A DNA stretch of 64,000 bases from an uncultured bacterium (GTDB lineage Bacteria; Krumholzibacteriota; Krumholzibacteriia; LZORAL124-64-63): contig CAVSZB010000003.1 of assembly GCA_963732385.1 (NCBI GenBank), forward strand, positions 1-64,000, in the 5' to 3' direction. The first letter of the stretch is position 1, and each line of letters starts with the position of its first letter. Under the pieces are notes generated by a model. That model was given only the letters and a program-made list of their open reading frames with translations. It ran no database searches and was not told where the DNA came from. The translations under genes were made by a program, and so were the position numbers. Below are positions 29,836 through 40,601 of the stretch, piece after piece.

Positions 29836-31736
29836 GTCCGCCCTCCTGGTCCACTTGCCGGGTCGGGCCGGTGGAGCCGCAGCAGAACGGCCAGTACGGC
29901 CAGGTCAGACGATCGAACCCCATCGATGCGGGCCGCCTGTCCCAGGGTGCCGGGCCGCATCCTGTCCAGTTTTTCCCGCGCCTCGAAGCTGAGCGCGGTC
30001 AGCTTCAGATACGGGAGATCGGGCGGCAGCAGTACGGCATCGAGGTGGGCGATCTGCCGCAACATCTTGTCCTGCTTGGTGATGTAGCCCTCGTACTTGA
30101 CATCGGCCTCGACCGTAGCGCAGAGCAGGCGCCCCTGGGGCGAGGCGAAGTCGGGAAGATCCACGACAGGCGCCCCATCATCGTACCGGGCCATGGCCAA
30201 CAGGTTCTCCACGCTGCCATCGGCGCGGCGCACGAGATCGGCGGCTGAAACTCTGCCCCCTCCATTCGGATCCGGCAGGCGCCACATATTTAATGTGTTT
30301 CGCAGTTTCGATGTCGCGCCTAGATGGCTGTCAACATCATCGAGCTGCTCTTTCGCCAGCAGGCCCCCCTCCCTCGCATACGAAAGGAGGCGCGCCTCGG
30401 CGTTGTCACAGCGTAGCGCGAGCCGCCGCTCCACGCGCGAGGTGAACATGCGATACGGCTCCAGAATCTCCTTTGTGGTCAGGTCGTCGATCAGGACACC
30501 GATGTAGGCATCGCCCCGGGCAATGATCAACGCAGATTGATTCATTAACTTGCGGGCTGCATTCAGGCCAGCCATGAGGCCCTGCGCGGCCGCCTCCTCG
30601 TAGCCGGAGGTGCCGAGGATTTGCCCCGCAAAATACAACCCATCAATATTCTTTGATTCAAGCGTTGCGCGCACCTGCCAGGACGGCAGCGAGTCGTACT
30701 CCACGGCGTAGCCGAAACGGAGCAACTCCGCCTCTTCCAGGCCCCGGACCGTCCGCACCAGAGCCTCCTGCACCTCGGACGGCAGGCTGGTCGACAGTCC
30801 GTTGACGTAAATCTCCTCACTCGCGCGCCCCTCCGGCTCGAGGAAGATCTGGTGCCGTTCGCGGTCAGCGAACCGAACCACCTTGTCTTCGACCGACGGG
30901 CAGTAACGCGGCCCGCGTCCTTCGATCACGCCGGCATAAAGCGGTGAGCGGTGCAGATTGGCACGGATGACGGCATGCGTGCGCTCGTTCGTCCAGGTGA
31001 GATGGCACGGCACCTGGTCGACCATCAGCCGCGCTGTTCGAAACGAGAACGGCGTCGGATCGGCATCGCCGTGCTGAGATTCGAGCGCCGCGAAGTCGAT
31101 CGAGCTGCCTCGCAGGCGCATCGGGGTTCCGGTCTTCAGGCGGCAAAGCCGGAAGCCGAGGGCGCGCAGCACCTCGCTCAGCCCCTCGGCGCTGGCGGCT
31201 CCCTCCCGTCCGCCGGCGCGCCTATCGTCGCCGACATGCATCAGCCCGCGCAGGAAGGTGCCGGTGGCGACGATCACGCTTTGCGACGCCAGCTCCAGGC
31301 CGCTGGCCGTCACCACGCCGGCCATGCGGCGGACGCCCGACGCCGTGTCGTCGACCCGCAGGTCGGCCGCCTCCCCCTCCACGATCGTCAGGTTCGGCTG
31401 CCGCTCGACCACCCCGAGCATATAGGCATGGTAGGCCCACTTGTCGGCCTGGGCGCGCGGGGAGCGGACCGCCGGCCCCTTGCGTCGGTTCAGCAGGCGG
31501 AACTGGATGCCGCTGGCATCGATCGCGAGCGCCATCTCTCCGCCGAGCGCGTCGATCTCGCGCACCAGCTGGCCTTTGCCGAGCCCCCCGATCGCAGGGT
31601 TGCACGGCATGCGGCCTATCTCGCGACGATCGTGCGTGAGCAGGGCGGTGTTGCGTCCCAGACGCGCCGAGGCAAGAGCCGCCTCGATGCCGGCGTGCCC
31701 GCCGCCGATCACAATCACTTCATATATATCAGCCAT
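29832..31736 (-). CDS. mnmG: tRNA U34 modification enzyme MnmG/GidA
   Basis: VIGGGHAGIEAA, MPCNPAIGG, GPRYCPS.EDK, GYEEAAAQG. Confidence 0.98.
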   Translation of the reverse strand: MADIYEVIVIGGGHAGIEAALASARLGRNTALLTHDRREIGRMPCNPAIGGLGKGQLVREIDALGGEMALAIDASGIQFRLLNRRKGPAVRSPRAQADKWAYHAYMLGVVERQPNLTIVEGEAADLRVDDTASGVRRMAGVVTASGLELASQSVIVATGTFLRGLMHVGDDRRAGGREGAASAEGLSEVLRALGFRLCRLKTGTPMRLRGSSIDFAALESQHGDADPTPFSFRTARLMVDQVPCHLTWTNERTHAVIRANLHRSPLYAGVIEGRGPRYCPSVEDKVVRFADRERHQIFLEPEGRASEEIYVNGLSTSLPSEVQEALVRTVRGLEEAELLRFGYAVEYDSLPSWQVRATLESKNIDGLYFAGQILGTSGYEEAAAQGLMAGLNAARKLMNQSALIIARGDAYIGVLIDDLTTKEILEPYRMFTSRVERRLALRCDNAEARLLSYAREGGLLAKEQLDDVDSHLGATSKLRNTLNMWRLPDPNGGGRVSAADLVRRADGSVENLLAMARYDDGAPVVDLPDFASPQGRLLCATVEADVKYEGYITKQDKMLRQIAHLDAVLLPPDLPYLKLTALSFEAREKLDRMRPGTLGQAARIDGVRSSDLAVLAVLLRLHRPDPASGPGGRT

Positions 31737-31758
31737 TATTGATATGTCGTTTCGCCGG

Positions 31759-33144
31759 CTATTTACCCACGCAGAACCGGGAGAAAATGTCAGCCAGCAC
31801 CTGCTCAGTGAAGACGCGACCGCTGATTTCGCCCAGCCGTGCCAGGGCGGCCCCCAACAGGCCCGCCACAATCTCCTCGCCGACTCCGCCGGCCTCAGCC
31901 ACCAGCAAAAGTTCCGCCAGCGACTCGCGGGCGACCATCAACCTATATTGATGCCTTGCGTTGAGCAGCAGGCCGGATCGAGCCACTTCGCGCATGCCGG
32001 CGGCATCAGCCGCCGCCAACAGCGCCTCCCTCAGCGCCTCCACTCCAGCTCCGGTATGCGCGGACGTAAATACGACGCCACCGGCCGGGCCGATAGCCCC
32101 GGCCGCAAGATCGGCTTTGGTGCCGACCCGCAAGAGGCGCGCCCCGCCGTCCACCACCGCTTCGTCCAGGTCCGGAGCCGCAGGCACGGTGAGGTCGTGC
32201 AGCCAGAGCACAATATCAGCCTCGGCGAGCGCGGCCCGCGCGAGATCCATGCCCCGGCCTTCCACCCGCCCGCCGCCCTCGCGCAGGCCGGCCGTGTCGT
32301 GAAGCACGAACGTCAGACCGCCATACCGCAAGCTGGCCGAGACTACGTCACGCGTGGTGCCGGGCTCGGAGTCCACCAGCGCCCGATCCCGCCCCACCAG
32401 TGCGTTGAAAAGGGAACTCTTGCCGCTATTGGGCGGACCAGCCAGGACCACGCGCACCCCGTCGCGAAGCTGCCGGGCCGCCGGCGCCAGGGCGAGCAGG
32501 CGATCGAGCCCCTCGCCGGCGGCCCGCAGGTCGGCCACGACCCGCTCCCGCTCCACGCTCCGCGCCAGCCCCGACTCGCCAAATTCCACGCTCCCCTCGA
32601 GATCCGCCAGCAGATCGCGCAAGGGTCCCTCGATGGCCGCAACCTCCTGCCGCAGCCCCCCCCGCAATTGCGCCAGCGCCGCGGTGGCCGTCAGTTCGTC
32701 CTCGGCGTGGATCAGATCGGCCACCGCTTCGGCCTGATCGAGCGAGAGCCGTCCGTTCATGAAAGCGCGGCGCGTAAATTCGCCCGGGCCGGCCGGGCGC
32801 GCCCCGGCCGTTACGCAGGCATCGAACACGCGGCGGGCCGGCATCCGTCCACCGTGACAGTGGAACTCCACCGTGTTCTCGCCAGTGTAGCTGCGTGGCG
32901 CCAGCAACGGCAGCATGAGCGCCTCATCCAGCGCCTCCCCCGCCGCCGAAACGACCAGTCCGAACCGTGCGCGGTGCGAGGCGAGCGCCGTCCCGGGGTG
33001 CGCCGGACGGAACAGCGCGGCTGCGATCGCCAGCGCGCCCGCTCCACTTACGCGAACCACCGCCAGCCCTCCCGCCCCTTCCGGGGTGGCGATGGCCACG
33101 ATGGTGTCGTGGCGCGGCTCCCCGGAGTCCCCGCCCTGCGTCAT
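31759..33144 (-). CDS. mnmE: tRNA modification GTPase MnmE/TrmE
   Basis: DTIVAIATP, GEFTRRAF, GPPNSGKSS, GTTRD, FSRFCVGK. Confidence 0.98.
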   Translation of the reverse strand: MTQGGDSGEPRHDTIVAIATPEGAGGLAVVRVSGAGALAIAAALFRPAHPGTALASHRARFGLVVSAAGEALDEALMLPLLAPRSYTGENTVEFHCHGGRMPARRVFDACVTAGARPAGPGEFTRRAFMNGRLSLDQAEAVADLIHAEDELTATAALAQLRGGLRQEVAAIEGPLRDLLADLEGSVEFGESGLARSVERERVVADLRAAGEGLDRLLALAPAARQLRDGVRVVLAGPPNSGKSSLFNALVGRDRALVDSEPGTTRDVVSASLRYGGLTFVLHDTAGLREGGGRVEGRGMDLARAALAEADIVLWLHDLTVPAAPDLDEAVVDGGARLLRVGTKADLAAGAIGPAGGVVFTSAHTGAGVEALREALLAAADAAGMREVARSGLLLNARHQYRLMVARESLAELLLVAEAGGVGEEIVAGLLGAALARLGEISGRVFTEQVLADIFSRFCVGK

Positions 33145-33219
33145 GTCCCGGCCTCCGTTCGGGAAAAACGCGGGGCGGCGCCGGCGCGCCGCCCCCACCT
33201 TCCACCACCGCGATCCGGA

Positions 33220-34596
33220 CTAGAGGGCCGGCGCGTCGGGCGGAGCGGAGCGGCCCCCGCTGGCCGCCTCCGGTTTCGCGCCGGAATCGGCCGCACCCTC
33301 GGCAGGGTCGGCCTGGTCCGCGTCGGCGCCACTGCCGGTCGCAACGCCGTCCGGCGGCATCGCCCCGGCCGGGGCCACAACCACGTGCTTGCCCTCCTCG
33401 TTCATCACCGTGAAGGTCTGCACTCCGGACACCTTCGCCACCTCGAGGTGGACGACCCGCCGCTCGCGCGCCGGCAGCGACTCCAGGCTCTCCTGCTCGC
33501 CGCTGCGCAACACCCGCGCCGCGATCTCCTGAGCCCGCTGCACCAGCCGCTCTTCGCGCCGCCGGCGATAGTTGTTCACGTCCAGGTTCATGTGGACGTG
33601 CGCCCCCACCGCCTGGCTCGCCATCCGCTCGACGAGATGCTCGATCGCGTCGATGGTGGCGCCGTTGCGCCCGATCAGCAGCGCCGCGCTGCTTTCGTCG
33701 GTCAAAATCCTGACGGCGTGGTATTCGCCCGGCCGTACGTCAACCCGGCACGGGAAGCCGGCCCGCGCCATCAACTCGGTAGTCAGCTTCTGGATCGCCG
33801 TGGGCGCCTCCGCTTCCGGCACGTCGCGCAGCGGCGTGACCAGTTCGGCCGCCGCCATGAGCGCGCCGAACCCGGCGGCGGCAGGCGGCGCCGCGACCGG
33901 CACCGAAGACGGCGACGGCGCAGGAGAAGGCAAGGGCGATACTACGGGCGGCGGCGCGGCGACCGGAGGCGGCGCGACCGCCGGCGGCACGGCAACGACC
34001 GGCGCAACGGGCGACGGAATCACGGCTGGCGGCGAGAACGAGCGCGGCGCCTCGGCGTCCGGCGATGACGACGCGGCGACCGGCTCAACCCGTGGCGCGC
34101 CCTCTCCCTCGCTGCGGCCCCTGCCCCGACCCCGGCCACCCCGGCGGCGACGGGTCCGCTCGCCTCCGGCGGCGGCGTTCCCGTCGCGGCCACGATCCCG
34201 GTCGCCCGACGCCGACCCGGCGACCGGTCCCTTGGCCGGTGCGGCGGCGGCGGCCCGCGGCTCGCGGTTGTCGCGCGGGCCGCGGGCGTTGCGGTCGTCC
34301 CGGCCTTCACGATTGTCCCGGCCTTCGCGGCCCCGTCCGCGGCTGTCGCGGCTCCGCTCCTCGCCTCCGCGGGGACGCGCCGGAGCGTCGCGCCGGGCGG
34401 CCCCGTCGGTCCGCCGCATGACCTTGCGCGAGACTTTCACGCGCGCCGGCTTGCCGCCAAACAGGCCGAGCAGGCCGGCCTTTCCCTTGTCGAGCACCTC
34501 GATTTCGATCTCGTCGCGGCGCGCCCCCAGGCGCAGCAGCGCTTCCGAGATGGCGTCCTCGACGGTCCGGCCCTTGAACTCCATGGCGTCACTCAT
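33220..34596 (-). CDS. jag: Jag/EloR (KhpB) RNA-binding protein with long low-complexity linker
   Basis: GRTVEDAI N-domain, LIGRNG.T KH domain, ERRVVH R3H domain. Confidence 0.92.
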   Translation of the reverse strand: MSDAMEFKGRTVEDAISEALLRLGARRDEIEIEVLDKGKAGLLGLFGGKPARVKVSRKVMRRTDGAARRDAPARPRGGEERSRDSRGRGREGRDNREGRDDRNARGPRDNREPRAAAAAPAKGPVAGSASGDRDRGRDGNAAAGGERTRRRRGGRGRGRGRSEGEGAPRVEPVAASSSPDAEAPRSFSPPAVIPSPVAPVVAVPPAVAPPPVAAPPPVVSPLPSPAPSPSSVPVAAPPAAAGFGALMAAAELVTPLRDVPEAEAPTAIQKLTTELMARAGFPCRVDVRPGEYHAVRILTDESSAALLIGRNGATIDAIEHLVERMASQAVGAHVHMNLDVNNYRRRREERLVQRAQEIAARVLRSGEQESLESLPARERRVVHLEVAKVSGVQTFTVMNEEGKHVVVAPAGAMPPDGVATGSGADADQADPAEGAADSGAKPEAASGGRSAPPDAPAL

Positions 34597-36362
34597 GCCT
34601 GGGCACCTCCGCGAACGGGCGTGGTCACGTGGATCCTCCAGGTCTGGTAGATCGTCAGCAGGTTATTGACGAGCCAGTAGAGCACCAGACCGGAAGGAAA
34701 GCTGTAGAAGAAGAAAAGCATCATCACCGGCATAAGTTTATTCATCATCGCCATCGACGCGCCGCCGGCCGGCGCGGACGGGGTGATCTTAACCTGCCAG
34801 TAGGTGGATCCGGCCATCAGGAGCGGCAGCAGATTGAACTCGTTGCCGAAGAACGGCAGGCCGAACGGCAGGTGGAACAACGCATCGGGCTGGCCGAGGT
34901 CGTTGATCCATCCCACGAACGGCGCCTGCCGCAGCGCGATGTCCCCGCGCAGCACCTGGTAGAGCGCCACAAAGACCGGCATCTGCAGCAGCATCGGGAG
35001 GCACCCGCCCATCGGGTTGATCTTCTCCTCCTTGTACAGCTTCATCATCTCCTGGCTGAGCTTCTCCTGATTGCCTTTGAACTTCTCCTGAAGCGCCTTC
35101 ATCTTCGGCTGCACCTCCTGCATGCGCTTCATGGAGCGGGTGCTGCTGACGGTGAGCGGGTAGAACGCCACCTTGGTCAACACCGACAACAGGATGATGA
35201 TGAGGCCGTAGTTCGGCAGCCAGCGGTAGAGCCAGTTCATGAAGCCGAGCGTGAGCGCCGCCAGCGGGTGGAAGATCTTCCAGCCCAGATCGACGCTCTT
35301 CTCCAGCCCGACTTTGTATGACTTCAGCAGGTCGTACTGCGCCGGTCCGAGGTAGAACGACAGCCGCGCGCCGCCGGCCGCCCCCGGCCGCAGCGTCAGC
35401 GGGCGCTCCACCCACCATGTCTGCTGGCCCCGTTCCGGCGCGCCGTCCAGATGCGCCATCCCGGCGACCGGCTTCTCCCTCCCGTCCGCCACGAAACCGG
35501 CGATCAGGAAGTACTTGTTCTGCACCCCGGCGAAGCGGATCGAGCCCTCGAAGGTGGCCCTCGCCTTCTCCGCGTCCTTACCGAGGCTGCGCCGCGCCTT
35601 GAACTGGATCTCCTCGCCGACCATGGCGAAGGCGCGGAACGCCATGTCCTCAAGCTTGCGGTTGCGCTCGGTGCTGGCGATGCCGGCCGTCCAGGCGAAG
35701 TGCGCGCGCACCGGATCGCCGACCAGAGCGAGGGCCGGCCCGCTGCCGGCGACGTCAAGATCGACCGTGAAATCGTACCTTCCGGGCAGGAAGGTGTAGG
35801 TCTTTCTAACCTCGATCCCACCCTCGGTGCGCGCTGTGAAGGTGACGCTGCGCGGGGGGTCGCCGGCGGCGATCCGCAATTCGGGCCCGGCGTCCGACAA
35901 ATACGGCGCGCCGGAGAGATCGAGCGTGGCGCGTGCGAACACGGCGGCGTCGCCCTGGCCCGGGCCGGGGGCGGGGGCGTCGGCCGGGATCAGCTCGACC
36001 GGACCGCCCGTGGGGCCCTTGAAGCGCAGGCTGCGCCAGCTCGTCAGCCGGGCGCCGAGCGGGTCGATCGTCAACTCATACAGATCGGTCGCCACATGCA
36101 GCGGCGCGCCGGCGGCCGGCGCGAACCGCAGCGGGTCGCCCGAATCGGAAGGAGAACCGGCGGCGGCCGACGCGGTCGCCACAGCGGCGGGACTCGCCAC
36201 GACGCCCGCCGTAGCATCGACCGCTTCAGCCGGGGCGGTCGCCGCGGGCGAGGGCTCTGGCAACACCACCGGGCGCGGCCCGGACAGCCGGCTCGTCAAC
36301 GCCGCGAATCCGACCAGGACGATGAAGCTCAGGACAAAAGCCAACAGCGTGCGCCTATCCAT
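34593..36362 (-). CDS. yidC: Membrane protein insertase YidC
   Basis: [29 protein letters not shown]. Confidence 0.97.
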   Translation of the reverse strand: MDRRTLLAFVLSFIVLVGFAALTSRLSGPRPVVLPEPSPAATAPAEAVDATAGVVASPAAVATASAAAGSPSDSGDPLRFAPAAGAPLHVATDLYELTIDPLGARLTSWRSLRFKGPTGGPVELIPADAPAPGPGQGDAAVFARATLDLSGAPYLSDAGPELRIAAGDPPRSVTFTARTEGGIEVRKTYTFLPGRYDFTVDLDVAGSGPALALVGDPVRAHFAWTAGIASTERNRKLEDMAFRAFAMVGEEIQFKARRSLGKDAEKARATFEGSIRFAGVQNKYFLIAGFVADGREKPVAGMAHLDGAPERGQQTWWVERPLTLRPGAAGGARLSFYLGPAQYDLLKSYKVGLEKSVDLGWKIFHPLAALTLGFMNWLYRWLPNYGLIIILLSVLTKVAFYPLTVSSTRSMKRMQEVQPKMKALQEKFKGNQEKLSQEMMKLYKEEKINPMGGCLPMLLQMPVFVALYQVLRGDIALRQAPFVGWINDLGQPDALFHLPFGLPFFGNEFNLLPLLMAGSTYWQVKITPSAPAGGASMAMMNKLMPVMMLFFFYSFPSGLVLYWLVNNLLTIYQTWRIHVTTPVRGGAQA

Positions 36363-36621
36363 GCGACCTCTCTCCGGTGGAGGTGGGCGACCGCACGAGC
36401 GCGGCCGCCGGCGGCGGAACGGGATCGAGGCCCCCTGCGCGCCAGGGGTGGCACCGCAACAGCCGCCGTGCCGCGAGCCAGCCACCGCGCAGCAATCCGT
36501 GGGTGCGCAGCGCCTCTGCGGCATAGGCGGAGCAGGTGGGTGAAAAGCGGCAGGAACCGGGCAGCAGGGGCGACAGGGCGCGACGGTAGAGAGTGATGAG
36601 CAAGTAAGGGAAGCGCCACAT
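36355..36621 (-). CDS. yidD: Membrane protein insertion efficiency factor
   Basis: [25 protein letters not shown]. Confidence 0.95.
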   Translation of the reverse strand: MWRFPYLLITLYRRALSPLLPGSCRFSPTCSAYAAEALRTHGLLRGGWLAARRLLRCHPWRAGGLDPVPPPAAALVRSPTSTGERSHG

Positions 36622-36685
36622 GTCGGGTCCGCAACTCCGCGATGCCTGGGAGAATGACGACTCGCCCGGCACCACCGGCGGCAAG

Positions 36686-37036
36686 TCAGGGGTTCGTTAG
36701 GCGCGACAGCAGACTATCGAGTTCGCCGCAGACATCGTCAATACCGGCGGACAGGATGTCGCGCCGCGCGACCAGGACGATCCAGCATCCGGGATTGCCC
36801 GGTCGACACGCATGCCCCGCGAGGCAGGCCTCCACCGAGGCGCGCCGCAGTGCTTCACGCAGCAGTCGTTTCGCGCGGTTGCGCTGGACCGCTTTGCCGA
36901 CCTTGCGGCTTGCCACGACGCCCCGTGCATCGTCTTCGGCCGCCAGCAGATACACAACAAGCAGACGCCCGACGCGCTTGTCGCCTTCCGCATAGACCTT
37001 CGCGAATTCCCGTATCGTGCGGAGCGAACGCGTCAC
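36686..37036 (-). CDS. rnpA: Ribonuclease P protein component
   Basis: [19 protein letters not shown] (RNR motif). Confidence 0.93.
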   Translation of the reverse strand: MTRSLRTIREFAKVYAEGDKRVGRLLVVYLLAAEDDARGVVASRKVGKAVQRNRAKRLLREALRRASVEACLAGHACRPGNPGCWIVLVARRDILSAGIDDVCGELDSLLSRLTNP

Positions 37037-37052
37037 GCGCGGCGCGCCTGCA

Positions 37053-37187
37053 TCAGACGCTGAGGCGCTTGCGACCCTTGGCGCGGCGGCGCTTGAGCAC
37101 CAGACGCCCGGCGCGCGTCGACATGCGCTTGCGGAACCCGTGCGTTCGGGCCCGGCAGATATTGCTCGGCTGGTAAGTGCGCTTCAC
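37053..37187 (-). CDS. rpmH: 50S ribosomal protein L34
   Basis: KRTYQPS...HGFRKRM.T..GR.VL.RRR.KGRKRL. Confidence 0.97.
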   Translation of the reverse strand: MKRTYQPSNICRARTHGFRKRMSTRAGRLVLKRRRAKGRKRLSV

Positions 37188-37524
37188 GAAATCCTCCTTA
37201 ACGCGACCAGAATCGGCAAACAGTAGCGAAACCACCCGGGGCTGTCAAGGCTTGGCTGTCTCCCGCCCTGTCCGGATGCTGCCTCCGACGACCGGCCAGA
37301 CTCCGGTCCCGCAACTTCCGATACGACAAGCTGCTCCAGATCCGGCTCGAGGACGGGCGTTCCGGGGGGGTTGCCGGCCCGGCGAGGGGTGGAGCATTAA
37401 TCGATTGCCGGACAAGAACCTGCCCTTATTGAAGCTCCCGGGCGGAGAAAGCCCTTGCCGGACCTGGAGGCCTATGATAGGTTTCGCCCCCTGGTGTTGA
37501 AAACGCGGCGGCGGCGGCGGCGAC

Positions 37525-37632
37525 TTGTCCACCAGTGGCGGCTGCAGTGGACAAGTTCTGGTTGCGGCCGCGTCTTGCTGGGCTATGTTGTTGTATTTGT
37601 GTGTGTTGGGTGGTTTGTTGGGCTGTGGACAA
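37525..37632. promoter_or_regulatory. DnaA boxes upstream of dnaA
   Basis: TTGTCCACC (37525), AGTGGACAA (37546), TGTGGACAA (37624). Confidence 0.65.
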
Positions 37633-37683
37633 CCTGCGTCCTTCCGGGCCTTGGGGCCGCGGAAAGAAAGCTGATCGGGACCC

Positions 37684-39066
37684 ATGGATGCCGCTCCCCT
37701 GGACGCCTACTGGAACGATATTCTCGACGGCGTTCGGCCGCGGGTTTCCCAACAGACCTTCGAAACCTGGTTTCTGCCGCTGCGTCCCGGTCTCTGGACC
37801 GACAGCAATATCGAGGTGTTCTGCCCGGACCATTTTTTCATGGACTGGTTCAGCGAGCACCACGTGAACGCCTTGAACACCGCTGTCAGCGAGCACTTCG
37901 GGCGCGCTTCGATTTGCCGTCTCACCGTCGACCCGGCGCAGGCCGGCGCCCGGCGGGAGTTGCTGGCGGCCCGCCCCGCGGTCGGCCGCGAGTCGGCAGA
38001 TGCCGACGCCCTGCTGAACGGATCCCTTGCCCCGCCGCCCGGGCGCTCACGCCACAAACTCAATCCTGAATACACGTTCGACAGTTTCGTGGTCGGCTCC
38101 GGCTCGAAGCTGGCACATGCGGCCTCGATCGCGGTGAGCCGCAATCTGGGCGGGAGCTACAATCCGCTTTTCATCCACGGCGGCGTCGGCCTTGGCAAGA
38201 CCCACCTGATGCACGCCATCGGCAATGCCATACTCGCGACCTCTCCTGGCCGCCGGGTCTGCTATGTGACGGCGGAACAGTTCATGAACGACCTGATCCG
38301 ATCCATCCAGCAGAATCGCACCTACGATTTCAAGCGCGACTACCGCGGGGTGGACGTGCTTCTGGTGGATGACGTTGCCTTCCTGGCCGGCAAGGAGTCG
38401 ACCCAGGAGGAATTTTTCCACACGTTCAACGCCCTCCATAACGAGAACAAGCAGATCGTCCTCACCTCGGATCGCTCCCCGAAGGAGATCACCACCCTCG
38501 AGGAGCGGCTGCGGTCTCGTTTCGAGTGGGGGCTTATCGCAGATATTCAGGCTCCCGACCTTGAGACGCGCATTGCCATCCTCAAAAAGAAGGTCGAAGC
38601 CAACAACATCTACATCTCGGACGACGTCATCCAGTTCGTCGCCGAGAACATCACAACCAACATCCGCAAGCTTGAGGGGGCGCTGATCAAATTGCTGGCT
38701 TTCGCCAGCCTGACGGGTCACGAGATCAGTCTGGAAATGGCCTCGGAAGCTCTCTCCTCCTTTTTCCAGGCTGCTCCGGCGAGGACCGTGACGATAGCCG
38801 ACGTGATGGGGCTCGTGGCAGAGCGTCTTCATGTCACCGTCGATCAGCTCAAGTCCAAAAAGCGCACCCAGGACTTGGCCCTCGCCCGACAGGTGGCGAT
38901 GTTCATCGCCCGCGAAAAGGTCGGCGCCTCCCTCAATATGATCGGCAAGTCGTTCGGAAACCGTGATCACACCACGGTCCTGCACGCCTGCCAGAAAGTG
39001 GCCGCGCTGAGTGCTCAGGATCCGCTGTTCCGCGGTAAACTCAAGGATCTGTTCGCAGCGCTGTGA
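37684..39066 (+). CDS. dnaA: Chromosomal replication initiator DnaA
   Basis: YNPLFIHGGVGLGKTHL, QEEFFHTFN, RLRSRFEWGL, RDHTTV. Confidence 0.99.
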   Translation: MDAAPLDAYWNDILDGVRPRVSQQTFETWFLPLRPGLWTDSNIEVFCPDHFFMDWFSEHHVNALNTAVSEHFGRASICRLTVDPAQAGARRELLAARPAVGRESADADALLNGSLAPPPGRSRHKLNPEYTFDSFVVGSGSKLAHAASIAVSRNLGGSYNPLFIHGGVGLGKTHLMHAIGNAILATSPGRRVCYVTAEQFMNDLIRSIQQNRTYDFKRDYRGVDVLLVDDVAFLAGKESTQEEFFHTFNALHNENKQIVLTSDRSPKEITTLEERLRSRFEWGLIADIQAPDLETRIAILKKKVEANNIYISDDVIQFVAENITTNIRKLEGALIKLLAFASLTGHEISLEMASEALSSFFQAAPARTVTIADVMGLVAERLHVTVDQLKSKKRTQDLALARQVAMFIAREKVGASLNMIGKSFGNRDHTTVLHACQKVAALSAQDPLFRGKLKDLFAAL

Positions 39067-39467
39067 TTCCTCCCGTGTAATATTGCTGCACCGGCGACGG
39101 CCCCCGGGGACCGTCGCCACCGTAACGCGACACTTCCGCCCACCCGATCACTCGAGGTCAACGCGGTGCGCAAGCCGGTGGACAGCCTGTGGATCAACCG
39201 GGGACAAGGGTCTCCTGGTGGACAACCGCCTGCTTGTCCACGTGTCCCGCGCCCATCTCCGCACCGCTGCGTCCCCAGGGTGTCTGCCCTTGAAACCGGC
39301 TATTCTGCTTTATCCGGGGCCTTGCCAGACTTTTATCCCCGCTATCCACACCCCCTACTACTACTACGACTACACTACTTAAATAGAATCTTGAAGGGGG
39401 AGGGGAGCCCGTCTATCATTGCGTCCCACCCCACGCGTGCGGCCGCATTTGACCGGAGGCTCTTGAC
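39067..39467. other. oriC: DnaA boxes plus DnaA-trio unwinding element
   Basis: Several (T/G)GTGGA(C/T)(A/C)(A/G) boxes at 39177-39242. TTATCCCCG-CTATCCACA-CCCCC-TACTACTACTACGACTAC at 39333-39373. Gene strand switches around dnaA. Confidence 0.9.
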
Positions 39468-40592
39468 GTGAAGATCACGCTGCAGCAGGAAGACCTTTCG
39501 AAGGCCCTGAATGTTGTCGGCGGCATCGTGCCTGGAAAGACCACGCTGCCGATCCTTGCCTGCATCCTGCTTGAGGTCCGGGAGGGGGGAATCGAGTTTT
39601 CGGCCACCAATCTCGACATCTCCGCGTCCACCTTCACAGACAAAGTCACGGTCAAACGCAAAGGAAAGGTAGCTGTGCCAGCGGCGAAGTTCGTGGCGTT
39701 TGCGCGGACTCTTTCGCCGGGAGAGGTCACTATAGAGGAAAAGGGTGGTCGTGTTTCCGTGGTGAGCGGTCGCTCGGCGCTCGAAGAGCCCGTCATGAAC
39801 GCTGACGAATTTCCAGCTCTGCCGGCCCTTGGCGAGGACCAGGGGGTCGAGATGCCGGCCGATGCACTGGCCAGCATGATCCGCTCGACCGCCTACTCGG
39901 TTTCCCGCGATGAAACCCGACCGCCATTGCTCGGTATTCTGTGGGAAGTCCGACCCGGTTCGCTGCGTCTCATCGCTACAGACGCACACCGACTGGCGCG
40001 GGTGGAACGCAAGGTTAAACTCGGCGTCAAGGAAGAGCGGGCTTTCATAGCGGATACGCAGGGGCTGCTCCAGCTGGCACGTCTTGCCGAGGGGCAAGGC
40101 ACGTTGCGCATCTTCCTCGGAACGAACCAACTCAGCTTCCGGGTCGGCACCACGGTGTTGCACACCCGCCTGCTCGAAGGACCTTTTCCTGACTACGAGG
40201 CGGTCATTCCGAAAGCCAACAATCGCATTGTCACCATCGATCGCGAGGCGTTCGCCCAGGCGGTGCGACGCGTATCGATCACGGCAGACCGTCTCACGAA
40301 CCAGATCCGACTGGGCATCGAGTCGGGGCGGATGGAGTTGACCGCCGTGGGCAGTGACGGCAGCCGGGCCGAGGATCAGATCCCTGTCGGCTACGAAGGG
40401 GAAGCGCTGGAGATAGGCTTCAATTTCAACTATCTGCTGGATGTGCTGAAGAATCTGCGCGCGGAAACGCTCGAACTGGCCGTGAAGGATGCGCAGAGTG
40501 CGGCCCTGCTGCGCCCGGCGCCAGGCGACAAAAGCGCGGCGGACGAGGATCTGCTCTGCCTGCTGATGCCCCTGCGCCTCGCTGCGGACTGA
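39468..40592 (+). CDS. dnaN: DNA polymerase III beta clamp
   Basis: TLPIL, ATNLD, ATDAHRL, FPDYE.VIP, LLMPLR. Confidence 0.97.
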   Translation: MKITLQQEDLSKALNVVGGIVPGKTTLPILACILLEVREGGIEFSATNLDISASTFTDKVTVKRKGKVAVPAAKFVAFARTLSPGEVTIEEKGGRVSVVSGRSALEEPVMNADEFPALPALGEDQGVEMPADALASMIRSTAYSVSRDETRPPLLGILWEVRPGSLRLIATDAHRLARVERKVKLGVKEERAFIADTQGLLQLARLAEGQGTLRIFLGTNQLSFRVGTTVLHTRLLEGPFPDYEAVIPKANNRIVTIDREAFAQAVRRVSITADRLTNQIRLGIESGRMELTAVGSDGSRAEDQIPVGYEGEALEIGFNFNYLLDVLKNLRAETLELAVKDAQSAALLRPAPGDKSAADEDLLCLLMPLRLAAD

Positions 40593-40601
40593 GCGAGCGG
40601 T

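Noticed and set aside
33850..34400. Pro/Ala- and Arg/Asp-rich repeats as a separate element
   Set aside because: They form the disordered linker of Jag/EloR, common in this family.
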